Shown: positions 8,547-17,244 of the stretch, in pieces
Layout of the letters: each line of letters opens with the position of its first letter
Position numbering within the stretch: position 1 is the stretch's first letter
Source: Coriobacteriales bacterium
GTDB lineage: Bacteria; Actinomycetota; Coriobacteriia; Coriobacteriales; UBA8131
Length of the DNA stretch: 32,097 nt
Assembly: GCA_031286245.1 (NCBI GenBank)
Contig: JAITUO010000127.1
Span: 1 to 32,097 of the forward strand
Direction: 5' to 3'
The notes under the pieces: model-generated
What the model was told of the DNA's origin: nothing
Seen by the model: only the letters and a program-made list of their open reading frames with translations
The model's database searches: none
Program-made: the position numbers and the translations under genes

Positions 8547-10828
8547 TAGAACTCTCCTTTTATTACACTCGGCATACGCCGGCTTTCAATGAACCTTAAC
8601 GCTAAAGCTGAAACCATGATTTCTATGGTAAAGACAATTCCCACCACTATTAAAGCATCAGTGGTATTCGCTATTGGTAGGTCAATCAAAAGTATTGGTA
8701 GACTCATCAAATTCAAAGCTACAGCACACAAGATAAACCATGTCATAATCGAATAGATAAAGTAGCTGCTGTGTCTGGTGAAAAATGGATATCCTAACAA
8801 CTTACGAATTATCACACGCCTGACTGACTCTTCAAACAGTATCGTAGCCGATTGCAATACGAGAACAACAAAGATCAACGAGATAATTAAAATTTTGACA
8901 GCGCTGCTTTGTATTCCTTGGTGCAACAACTGTAGTTCAGAAAGGGCATAGTCATTCAGGGTAACCAGGTGCAATAAATTGTCATCCAGGTGTAAATCAC
9001 GTAATAAACCGCCAAGCTCTTCCATGGTCTTTTTCGTATCACCATTTATCAGCTTCACTTTGATTCCGCAGCCAACATCACCAGTAATCCCATTAATCCG
9101 ATCAAAGGCTGTGCTGTTGTTTAGAGTCATGACTTCAACGATCTGGTTAACCAGGCAATTGCCATCTTCTGGAGCAATTGTAGGATTGTACGAGAATAGT
9201 CGTTGATCATTTGCTATCCAGATCAACTTGATACTTTGATTCTTTATACTATCTGATACCTCACGGCCAAACATCCGTTGCTCAAATTCTGCCAATGATT
9301 CTTGTTCTGAATCGCCGAATCTGTTTGTAGCGAAATAGTTCAGTATCGCTTCTTCATCTGCTTTATATTCAATAGGAACAAGCAAAATCCAGTCAGTTTC
9401 ATTTTCAGAGACTTTAATGGAATCACCGTCGATATCGAAGACAGGGTACACACTTAGATAATTTGGGTTAACTTGGACAGACCTGAAAGCACCCTCGGGT
9501 AAGCCTTGTTGCATTGACATTGGTTCATACATCCTCGCATTAACAAAGAGTGCTCCTCGTTCATTTAAAGCCGGATATAAGTCATATACCTCAGATGCTG
9601 TGGAGGCTAACTGACCATTGAGTGCCTCTTCCATGTCATTTCCGATACTCCTTGGATAAAAAAACCCGTATTGTGAGGTAGCCTGCCAGCTTCCAAGTTT
9701 TGCAGTTGCCTCTTTGGCTTCATGGAAAAGGGTCAGAGCAGTGATTGCGTTAAATATCAACACCAGACTTATGACAGACCTCACGCACAAATTCAACACG
9801 ACTAATGCAGCTGTGTCTTTACGATTCTTCAAAGCTTCCACAGGCCTCAGATTGTATAAATATGGCAAGGTAACCAGTGACAGAACTACGGTCACTATTG
9901 TAATTTGACAAGTACGTAATATGGTTGTGTAGATGAATTCGATACTAGTTCCAGGTACTAGTAGTGAAGTTATAAAGCTAATAATCATCAATCCAACCAA
10001 TGTGTAAATAATAGTCTGGCCTGTTATTAAGTACCAGACTTTTAAAATGCTGCTACCTTGTAGCAACATGACTGCTGCTCTCTTCGATTCATAGAACTGA
10101 TGATAGATTGTCAAGATTGTTATTGATATGACAAGCGACCATATAAATACCCAGTTCAATACTTGTGGGTCATCAGATACCGTTCTTATCATAAAATCAC
10201 TGCCTGTGAGTATCTCGTCACGTGTGAGTATAACACCTGCATCTTCTAATTCTTGTAAAAAAGCATCAATGAAGGTATTTAGTTGCTCTTGCTTTTCATA
10301 TTCAACTGTATAACGACCAGAGACTGGCAATGAACTATATACATTTTGCAGACCATAAATCGAAATCTCGTCATTCCGGCAAATATCTTCTATAAGCCCG
10401 ACTTGTAAAGCATTTCCAGTTGCTTTTGTGGACATGAAATATGAGCCGTTTTGTGTCTCATCCATGGAGAGGGGTTTTCCAACTCTAAGACGAAATGAAT
10501 TAAAAAAACTAGTCTGCTCGGAAGTGAGCAAAACGAAATGCGCTGTAAATGGTTTGTTGTTTTCGTCATAACCTGATGAAGTACGAAAAACATTGACATG
10601 AGAATCTAACGCACTGCTTTCTAAAGCAGAAAACACCAGAACTGGATCGTCGAGCAAAGGCCAGACAGGTAGAGTAAAACTCATGCCAAGATGATAGGTA
10701 GCCTCACTCATTTTTTGCTTTTCTGCTACATCGGCTGAGTAGAGAGAAACAAAGAAGGACATACTAATGAGTGCTGCCAGAAATCCAATGAGAACTCGCT
10801 TCAACATATCAAGCTTTAAGCCTTTCAT
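8546..10828 (-). CDS. Bacteriocin-associated integral membrane protein (DUF1430 / TIGR01654-like, FtsX-like topology)
   Basis: 760-aa ORF with an N-terminal TM, a large extracytoplasmic region, and clustered TM helices mid-protein and at the C-terminus. It sits between a lactococcin-972-like precursor and an ABC ATPase, as in the described Lcn972 operon. Confidence 0.7.
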   Translation of the reverse strand: MKGLKLDMLKRVLIGFLAALISMSFFVSLYSADVAEKQKMSEATYHLGMSFTLPVWPLLDDPVLVFSALESSALDSHVNVFRTSSGYDENNKPFTAHFVLLTSEQTSFFNSFRLRVGKPLSMDETQNGSYFMSTKATGNALQVGLIEDICRNDEISIYGLQNVYSSLPVSGRYTVEYEKQEQLNTFIDAFLQELEDAGVILTRDEILTGSDFMIRTVSDDPQVLNWVFIWSLVISITILTIYHQFYESKRAAVMLLQGSSILKVWYLITGQTIIYTLVGLMIISFITSLLVPGTSIEFIYTTILRTCQITIVTVVLSLVTLPYLYNLRPVEALKNRKDTAALVVLNLCVRSVISLVLIFNAITALTLFHEAKEATAKLGSWQATSQYGFFYPRSIGNDMEEALNGQLASTASEVYDLYPALNERGALFVNARMYEPMSMQQGLPEGAFRSVQVNPNYLSVYPVFDIDGDSIKVSENETDWILLVPIEYKADEEAILNYFATNRFGDSEQESLAEFEQRMFGREVSDSIKNQSIKLIWIANDQRLFSYNPTIAPEDGNCLVNQIVEVMTLNNSTAFDRINGITGDVGCGIKVKLINGDTKKTMEELGGLLRDLHLDDNLLHLVTLNDYALSELQLLHQGIQSSAVKILIISLIFVVLVLQSATILFEESVRRVIIRKLLGYPFFTRHSSYFIYSIMTWFILCAVALNLMSLPILLIDLPIANTTDALIVVGIVFTIEIMVSALALRFIESRRMPSVIKGEF

Positions 10829-10928
10829 GAACTGAGCGAACCGATAAATGTATGATCAATCGATTCGCTCGTAGACAGTTTATTGGTCAAGTGTTAAAAA
10901 CCATAGTAGGCGTAACCTGTATACTTTT

Positions 10929-11198
10929 TCAGATCAGTTGCACTAGAGTTTGACAAAAATTTGCTTCTGCCCAAACTTTCACGTTCTGTGGGCCTATTAT
11001 TACTGTCGATGAATGCCTTTTGCTTGGATGTACATAATTAGACCAAACAAACTTTTTATCGCCGCTTGTTTCTGTACCATAGTTCCATGTTCCCCCTTCT
11101 GGAGGATTCTTGACTGTAGCATAGACTGGGAGAGAAGCTCCTATGAGCAGACATCCCACAATGCATGAAGTAATTAGCAGTTTTAAAAACCTTTTCAC
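10929..11198 (-). CDS. Lactococcin 972 family bacteriocin precursor (C-terminus apparently frame-shifted; see findings)
   Basis: 89-aa ORF with RBS AAGGAGG and the Sec signal MKRFLKLLITSCIVGCLLIGASLPVYA. The mature part EGGTWNYG..WSNYVHPSKRHSSTV..VWAEA parallels Lcn972 EGTWQHGYG..SNYHHGSKTHSATV..VWAKA (recalled from memory). Confidence 0.8.
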   Translation of the reverse strand: MKRFLKLLITSCIVGCLLIGASLPVYATVKNPPEGGTWNYGTETSGDKKFVWSNYVHPSKRHSSTVIIGPQNVKVWAEANFCQTLVQLI

Positions 11199-11260
11199 AT
11201 TGCTCTGTTCACCTCCTTAACCATTTTGCGTGATACTCTGGTATCAATACTTATTGATGC

Positions 11261-11288
11261 ATATTAAACTATAGACTATACTATTCAA
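11261..11288 (-). promoter_or_regulatory. Putative sigma-70 promoter of the bacteriocin operon
   Basis: On the minus strand: TTGAAT (11288-11283), a 16-nt spacer, then TAATAT (11266-11261). The palindrome ATCAATAagTATTGAT lies downstream in the 5' UTR (about 11243-11258). Confidence 0.35.
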
Positions 11289-11466
11289 CCAACATCAGAT
11301 TGTTACTAAAATGAAATCACATAGATTCTATGAGGTGATGGTAGCTACTGACAAGCTTTATCCCAAATCCAAATTCTTGTATTATCGACATAACAGCCTG
11401 GGATTGTTTGATAATAGGAGCGTCCGAAAAAGTCAGCGAATTACCAACTCTAGGCAGGGAGCTGTC

Positions 11467-12366
11467 ATGACAGATGAACAGACTAGTCCAGAGCTTGATA
11501 CAAGTGGTTCCTTTGTGTCGCTCTCACCAAGCTTACCAACCCAGCTTAACCAGCCAGCCTCAGCCGCGCAGTTTGCCTCTCAGCCCGCTCCACTAGACCT
11601 ACCACCCCAACCTCCTGCCTCCCAGCCCATTCCGCTAGTCGTCCTCCAAGGAGTCTATAAGCGTTTTGGCAAGCAAGAGGTCTTGCGCGGAATCGACCTG
11701 GTGCTCCACGCAGGACAAATCACCGGCTTGCTGGGCCCTTCAGGAGCAGGCAAAACGACGATCGTCAACACCATCGTCGGCACATATAAACCATCAGCTG
11801 GCAGCGTAGAGGTGCTGGGAGAATCGGCTCCTTTGAAAAAAGCTCGCCGCCAACTCGGATACATGCCTCAAAGTGAAGCACTCTATCTCGACCTGACTGC
11901 TAACCAAAACCTGAGGTTCTTTGGGTCATTGTTTGGTATGTCAAAAAGCCACCTGAACCAAAACATCCCTCTGGTGCTAGCCCTGGTCAACTTGGCAGAC
12001 GAAGGTCGTAAACTGGTAGTGAATTTCTCTGGTGGTATGAAACGGCGTCTCTCCTTAGCCATTGCCCTGCTCCATGATCCGCTGTTGCTGGTGCTGGACG
12101 AGCCAACTATAGGATTGGATCCCAAACACCGCATCGAGCTCTGGCATGGTTTCCGCAACCGAGCCAATGCCGGAGCTGGCCTACTCGTCACCACTCACGT
12201 CATGGACGAGGCTGCATATTGCGATCGCTTGTTGATGGTCCAAGACGGTAACATCATCGCCGATGGCACCCCTGCTGAGCTCTTATCCACAACCAGAACT
12301 GCTAACCTTGAAGAAGCCTTCCTGGCGTTTGACAACAGATCCTGGGAAGGAGAAAACCATGCGTAA
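11467..12366 (+). CDS. ABC transporter ATP-binding protein (ABC-2/DrrA-like)
   Basis: Walker A GPSGAGKTT, signature FSGGMKRRL and Walker B LLVLDEPT. I prefer ATG 11467 (MTDEQ) over the track start 11311. A P/Q/S-rich ~58-aa N-terminal extension precedes the NBD. Confidence 0.85.
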   Translation: MTDEQTSPELDTSGSFVSLSPSLPTQLNQPASAAQFASQPAPLDLPPQPPASQPIPLVVLQGVYKRFGKQEVLRGIDLVLHAGQITGLLGPSGAGKTTIVNTIVGTYKPSAGSVEVLGESAPLKKARRQLGYMPQSEALYLDLTANQNLRFFGSLFGMSKSHLNQNIPLVLALVNLADEGRKLVVNFSGGMKRRLSLAIALLHDPLLLVLDEPTIGLDPKHRIELWHGFRNRANAGAGLLVTTHVMDEAAYCDRLLMVQDGNIIADGTPAELLSTTRTANLEEAFLAFDNRSWEGENHA

Positions 12367-13648
12367 CACTTTCGCGTTAACTAAACGTATCCTGCAACAA
12401 TTCACACATGATCCTCGGACCGTCGTCATGTTCATTGTCGGTCCAGTGTTGGTTTTATGGCTGTTCAGTCTGATGTTAAACAGCCCGTCCTATCGACCGA
12501 CGATAGCAGTAGTAGATCTGCCGGCTGAGGCTATTCAAGTATTTGAGGATGAGGACATGAACTGCCTGGTTGTCAGCTCTTCAGAAGCCGAGAACCTGTT
12601 ACAGGCTGGCGAGATCGATGCGATTTGCTGGTTGGATGGCACGACCTTAAACGTTAAGGTAGAAGGAGCAGACCCATCAAAGACAGGCAGCGTTATCAAG
12701 GTTGTCCAGTCTGCTGCCAAAAACCTCTCGCTAGCTGAGCGCGAGCAGATGCAGGTGGACATTCAAAAGCGTGTTGACGAGGTCAAAGGGCTGATCGATG
12801 ATATGCAAAACCGGCTTGCAGATTTCAAGAAAACCATGGCTGAACTGCAGGGCCGTTTAGATAACCTCAAAGCATTACTCTCCAGCTTACCACCAGGAAT
12901 AGCCGGCACTATCGGTATCCCTGATCTGCCTGAAACTCCAGCGGTAATAGTTATGCCTGAATTACCGGACCTTGACAGTATCATCACACAATTCACTCCA
13001 ACTATCGAAACTGTCGAAGTCAGTTACCTGCATGGCAATGACGACTGGGGTACCTTTGATTACTTTGGCCCGGTTTTCATCGGCATATTTATTTTTATCT
13101 TCGTTTTCATGAGCAGCGGCATGTCACTGTTGGCTGAGCGTACAGGCGGTACCATGGAGCGACTATTGGTCACACCAATCAAACCTTGGCAGTTGGTTTT
13201 AGGGTTCTGTCTTGGTTTCGGCTTGTTCTCACTGATCCAGTCGGGCATCGTTTTATGGGCATGTATTTACCTTGTCGGTTTTCCAAATGAAGGATCAATG
13301 CTTCTGGTCATTGCTGTGACTTTTTCTATAGCTCTGGTTTCGCTAAACCTTGGGTTGTTAGTCAGTGCAATCGCCCGCACTCCATTCCAAGTCATCCAAT
13401 TCATGCTGCTCTTAGTGCTGCCTCAAGTCATTTTATCTGGTATCTTCGACCTCTCTTCGACGCCAGAGCCTTTGCAGATACTGAGTTCCTGCCTGCCGCT
13501 GACATATGGAGCTGCCGCTTTACGTGACATTATGCTAAGAGGAGCGGGTTTCACAGCGATAGCTATGAATTTTGCAATACTATGGGGTTTCATTACGGTC
13601 TTTTTCGTATTAGCCTGCTTAAGCTTTGCCAGACGTAAATCATCATAG
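12359..13648 (+). CDS. ABC-2 type transporter permease with a large coiled-coil extracytoplasmic loop
   Basis: ATG 12359 overlaps the upstream stop (ATGCGTAA). There is an N-terminal TM, a ~200-aa loop with the coiled-coil EREQMQVDIQKRVDEVKGLIDDMQNRLADFKK, then five or so C-terminal TM helices typical of ABC-2 permeases. Confidence 0.8.
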   Translation: MRNTFALTKRILQQFTHDPRTVVMFIVGPVLVLWLFSLMLNSPSYRPTIAVVDLPAEAIQVFEDEDMNCLVVSSSEAENLLQAGEIDAICWLDGTTLNVKVEGADPSKTGSVIKVVQSAAKNLSLAEREQMQVDIQKRVDEVKGLIDDMQNRLADFKKTMAELQGRLDNLKALLSSLPPGIAGTIGIPDLPETPAVIVMPELPDLDSIITQFTPTIETVEVSYLHGNDDWGTFDYFGPVFIGIFIFIFVFMSSGMSLLAERTGGTMERLLVTPIKPWQLVLGFCLGFGLFSLIQSGIVLWACIYLVGFPNEGSMLLVIAVTFSIALVSLNLGLLVSAIARTPFQVIQFMLLLVLPQVILSGIFDLSSTPEPLQILSSCLPLTYGAAALRDIMLRGAGFTAIAMNFAILWGFITVFFVLACLSFARRKSS

Positions 13649-13835
13649 ACAGCCTGGTTGTTCTCACAGTTTGCATTTGATTTGAACCGCTTGATATCTT
13701 TATTGGTATGGCACTCTGTTTAAAATTCGTAGGGAGAATAGCGAGTGTATGGCGTCGATAAGACAATCGCTGATCGTAAGGTGACCTGTATTGAAAAAAA
13801 CTCAACCTATTCGCTTGGATCTCTGGCTTCTTCTA

Positions 13836-13868
13836 TTGAATAGTAGTCTATATATAGATTAATAGACT
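13836..13868 (+). promoter_or_regulatory. Candidate promoter / AT-rich hairpin upstream of the adhesin gene
   Basis: TTGAAT (13836-13841), 17 nt, then TTAATA (13859-13864). It contains the 12-bp palindrome tctatatataga, and agtcta/tagact (13845-13850 / 13863-13868) followed by TTTT. It could equally be a weak terminator. Confidence 0.25.
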
Positions 13869-13950
13869 TTTTCTAGGGTTTGTTCATGCTAGGATATAAC
13901 TGCTCTTGGACAATAGCGAAAATAAGCATCAGAGCAGGGATGGATAAACA

Positions 13951-16900
13951 ATGATAAGGTGTATTCTTTCTAGTGAGAATCATTCCCGCAAACAAAAAAA
14001 GACAGGGAAAAGAAAACGACTTCTAAGGATTGTTATTGCCAATCTTATGGCAATTAACATCACCTTGGCATCTCTATCTGATGTCATGTTAGTAGTCAAT
14101 GCTGACGCGGCTACTGTCGAAAGTACAGCGAACACTAAGCCTGAGACAGACACCAACGAATCAAATAGTGCAGCGCCAGACTTAATTGATGAAACAGTCT
14201 TGCAGCCTGATGATGCTGATACAAGTGGAGAAACAATCAAGCCTTTGGATAACCTTGACGACCCTGACATCCCTGACGACCCTGACGACCCTGACGACGC
14301 AGAAGATATCTCCCAAATGAATGTGTCTATAAATCCTTCCAGCTTTGTAACATGGACTACTCCCGATTTTGTGAATCGACTGAATGTAACTATTTCTGCT
14401 GTTATTTCCGAACAATACACCAGTGGCGGCAAGATCGAATTGCCTCTGGATTTGACACCGACATCTGTGTCACATCCTAATCTTACATATGGAACAAATG
14501 GCAGCGACGGAGTCAATGGTACCAACACCCCTGCTTTTTTCATTCTTAATAGTCCAATGCTTGATGGGTGGATCGCAGATTCTCGCTATAACAAAGTCGT
14601 CGAGAATTATGATTTAGTTTCTAAACCTGGTTTTGTAATCTTTAATCTAAAAAGCTGTTCTGATCCCGGTTTTCAATCTGGGCTTATTAATATACCTCTG
14701 GTCTTTGATTTTAATACACAGTGGCTGTATTGCATACCTGGCGGAACAGTGCTTTTTAATGTCGCACCTGTAGCCTATATTAACAACCTCGAGGTAGCAA
14801 AAGCCACCGTTGCTCCAGTCACCAGTAGTGCGAGTAACGATATCAGTCTCAGTTCGATCGAACCAGCGAATCCCGTTTTCTCCAATAACCCAGCTGGCTG
14901 GAAAACTTCCTCAAGCATTAGTGACTTTGTAATAGCATCGGAAAAACCAGTCTATTTCACCAGTTCAGACCTGCAAGCTTTTTGTTTTACGATTACGTTT
15001 ACTCTGCCAAATGATGTCAGCAGCTATCAGAGCCTGCGTGTTGAAGACGCTTTTCCTAGTAGTATCTTGGCTTTCGCAAATGCGACCCTGACAGTCGATG
15101 GCATATCAGTTGCCACACCGATAGTTGATTCTTCGGTGGCTGGTAGAGTCAGTTTTATACTCAATGCTCAGGAGTTATCTGAATATGCTGGACAGGCAAT
15201 CGAATACACACTGGTATTTGGTATTCCAGCCATGGCATCAGGTCATATAACTAATCATGCTGCTCTCTACATTTCTTCGCTCGATGGCTTAGAGCCTGAT
15301 TCACCTGATGCTGAATACCAGCTAATTGTCTATAACGTTGCAGGCATCACTGACTTTACTAAGACCCACTCCGGGGCTTTTAGCGCAATTGATGATGCTA
15401 TCTCCTTTACAGTAGGCTTTAACCTGCCAGAAGACGCGACAGGCTTCACCGGTATCCTGATCAGCGACAAGCTACCAGATACGCTGGACTATTTATCCGC
15501 TATAGCTGTCATCAAGGGCAACCCCGAGGTCAGTCTGGCGACCAGCTATGACAACTCTGCAAGACGAGTTACTGTCTATATCTCTAAAGACCAGCTCGTT
15601 GCCCATGCCGGAGCAAGTGTCGTCATCACCTTAAACACCAAAGTCAACAGTAGTTGGGTATCAGGCTCTATCACCAACACTGCTTTGGCCTTCTACCAGT
15701 ACGGGCCGACCCCACCAGACCCAGACATCGATGACCCCGACGAGGAAGACGAAATCACAGTTCCAAGCGAAAGCATCACAGACCTTATAAAGACTTATTC
15801 CAATTCCTTCATTGATATCGGTGATGCGATCAGTTTCAAGCTGAGCTTTACTATCCCGGTGACGGTCGACAAACATCAAGGTCTGCTTATGGTTGACAGT
15901 TTGCCTGCCACTCTGACATACATCTCAGCCTCAGCGACTATCGGTAGCAGTGCTCTTACTCCATCGATAACTTCTGGCACGATTGCTCTTTTCATCGACA
16001 AAACTACCTTGGAAACCCACACTGGCGATTTAGTCACTTTGACTATCAACACTACTGTCAGCCCTGCCTGGGTTAGTGGGGCAATCAGTAACACCGCCTA
16101 TTTGTACTCCCAACCCAGCTCTGCCCCACCTGACCTGACTCTAGACCGACCGATCGCAATCACCCATGTCAGCGTGCCAAACACACCTATTCCAGTCACT
16201 TACACCGTCACCTATTCACCGGGCAGTCATGGTACCTTTGCTGCCCGCTCATACAGCGGCCTCGCATATGGGACTTCTACCCCAGCAGCTCCAAAAGTGA
16301 CTGGACAAGCAGGTTGGCTGTTTACAGGCTGGTCGCCTGCTCGCAGCAGTACAGTTACCAAGAATGTCACCTATACAGCACTCTGGGCCCGAGTGACGAC
16401 TCCATCGACTTACACAGTTCAATTCATTGATTGGGACGGCACTCTGATCAAGAGTCAGCCGGTCGTCGAAGGTGGCAGTGCAACAGCACCACCCGATCCA
16501 ACTCGTGAAGGATACAATTTCACTGGCTGGAATCAGCCTTTTAACTATGTTACTAATAACCTGACCGTGATTGCTCAATATGTGGAGAAGCCCGTGATCG
16601 AGCCGGAACCGGAGCCTGAGCCTGAACCAGAATATAAGCCTGAACCAGAATCTAAGCCTGAGCCAACCGATCCCGCAACGCCACCTCAACCGCAGCCTAA
16701 AGCAGTATGGGGATTCTTAAACCTGGTCATGGCGATTACCGGAGCACTGTTACCCGGTTTTATCCTCTTTAGTTTGATGCGATTCAGGCACAGAAAAAGA
16801 AGTGAGATCAGTAAAGACTACAGGGTTGTTTTCCGCTTTGTCTGGCTCTTTGTGGCAATTCTGCTTGGCGCATGCGGAGTTGTATTCCTGATACTGACAG

Positions 16901-17046
16901 AGGACTATAGTAATCATTTTGCCTTGGTTGATCAGTGGACGTTGCTCTGTGCCGCTATCCTTGGCGCAGAGGCTGTCGCCCTGATCATGGCCTCTCGCCG
17001 CCGAGGTAAAAAGACCAAGCAAGTCGAAGACTCAGATGAAGCATAG
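13951..17046 (+). CDS. Large cell-surface adhesin-like protein: signal peptide, three pilin/Cna-B/DUF11-like modules, two Listeria-Bacteroides (Flg_new) repeats, a PE linker and a three-helix membrane anchor
   Basis: 1031 aa, with a signal-like N-terminus (KQKKTGKRKRLLRIVIANLMAINITLASL..VNADA). An acidic DPD repeat follows (4 x 9-bp units at 14260-14295). Three paralogous modules (about 14914-15285, 15343-15705 and 15772-16116) share F.V.F.LP...D.LP.TL.Y...TLNT.V...WVSG.I.NTA. There are two YTV.F/Y...GW...Y/W repeats (16192-16386 and 16405-16584) and a PEPEPEPE linker (16591-16698). Three hydrophobic helices lie at 16702-16995, and there is no C-terminal LPXTG. Confidence 0.75.
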   Translation: MIRCILSSENHSRKQKKTGKRKRLLRIVIANLMAINITLASLSDVMLVVNADAATVESTANTKPETDTNESNSAAPDLIDETVLQPDDADTSGETIKPLDNLDDPDIPDDPDDPDDAEDISQMNVSINPSSFVTWTTPDFVNRLNVTISAVISEQYTSGGKIELPLDLTPTSVSHPNLTYGTNGSDGVNGTNTPAFFILNSPMLDGWIADSRYNKVVENYDLVSKPGFVIFNLKSCSDPGFQSGLINIPLVFDFNTQWLYCIPGGTVLFNVAPVAYINNLEVAKATVAPVTSSASNDISLSSIEPANPVFSNNPAGWKTSSSISDFVIASEKPVYFTSSDLQAFCFTITFTLPNDVSSYQSLRVEDAFPSSILAFANATLTVDGISVATPIVDSSVAGRVSFILNAQELSEYAGQAIEYTLVFGIPAMASGHITNHAALYISSLDGLEPDSPDAEYQLIVYNVAGITDFTKTHSGAFSAIDDAISFTVGFNLPEDATGFTGILISDKLPDTLDYLSAIAVIKGNPEVSLATSYDNSARRVTVYISKDQLVAHAGASVVITLNTKVNSSWVSGSITNTALAFYQYGPTPPDPDIDDPDEEDEITVPSESITDLIKTYSNSFIDIGDAISFKLSFTIPVTVDKHQGLLMVDSLPATLTYISASATIGSSALTPSITSGTIALFIDKTTLETHTGDLVTLTINTTVSPAWVSGAISNTAYLYSQPSSAPPDLTLDRPIAITHVSVPNTPIPVTYTVTYSPGSHGTFAARSYSGLAYGTSTPAAPKVTGQAGWLFTGWSPARSSTVTKNVTYTALWARVTTPSTYTVQFIDWDGTLIKSQPVVEGGSATAPPDPTREGYNFTGWNQPFNYVTNNLTVIAQYVEKPVIEPEPEPEPEPEYKPEPESKPEPTDPATPPQPQPKAVWGFLNLVMAITGALLPGFILFSLMRFRHRKRSEISKDYRVVFRFVWLFVAILLGACGVVFLILTEDYSNHFALVDQWTLLCAAILGAEAVALIMASRRRGKKTKQVEDSDEA

Positions 17047-17081
17047 TGGTTGCGTCACTTGGCGTCACTTGTTGTTCGATT

Positions 17082-17111
17082 GGGAAGGCTGTGGAATCTC
17101 GCAGCCTTCCC
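17082..17111 (+). terminator. GC-rich hairpin after the adhesin gene (terminator-like, no U-tract)
   Basis: gggaaggctg (17082-17091), loop tggaatctcg, cagccttccc (17102-17111). This is a 10-bp perfect stem, and no T-run follows. Confidence 0.35.
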
Positions 17112-17244
17112 GATTGGCTACGATAAGCTTGCTATCCTGTTCACCAGTGACGGTTCGGTGAATTATCGGCACTGTCGTTCACATATTCCAGCCAAGCAGC
17201 TACAATGATCAAACACGCACGACCCCCAGGAAGGGAGAAGTCCA

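Noticed and set aside
11311-11466. N-terminal extensions implied by the longest-ORF track (11311, 12263, 19705, 21232, 24223, 27172, 18047)
   Set aside because: In each case an internal start with an RBS and/or stop-start overlap with the upstream gene gives the family-typical N-terminus. The extensions overlap upstream genes or promoter DNA.
15475-15920. LPDTL and LPATL motifs in the adhesin as possible sortase LPXTG signals
   Set aside because: They are internal. They recur at the same position of paralogous modules (D.LP.TL.Y), and they are not followed by a hydrophobic segment plus a basic tail.
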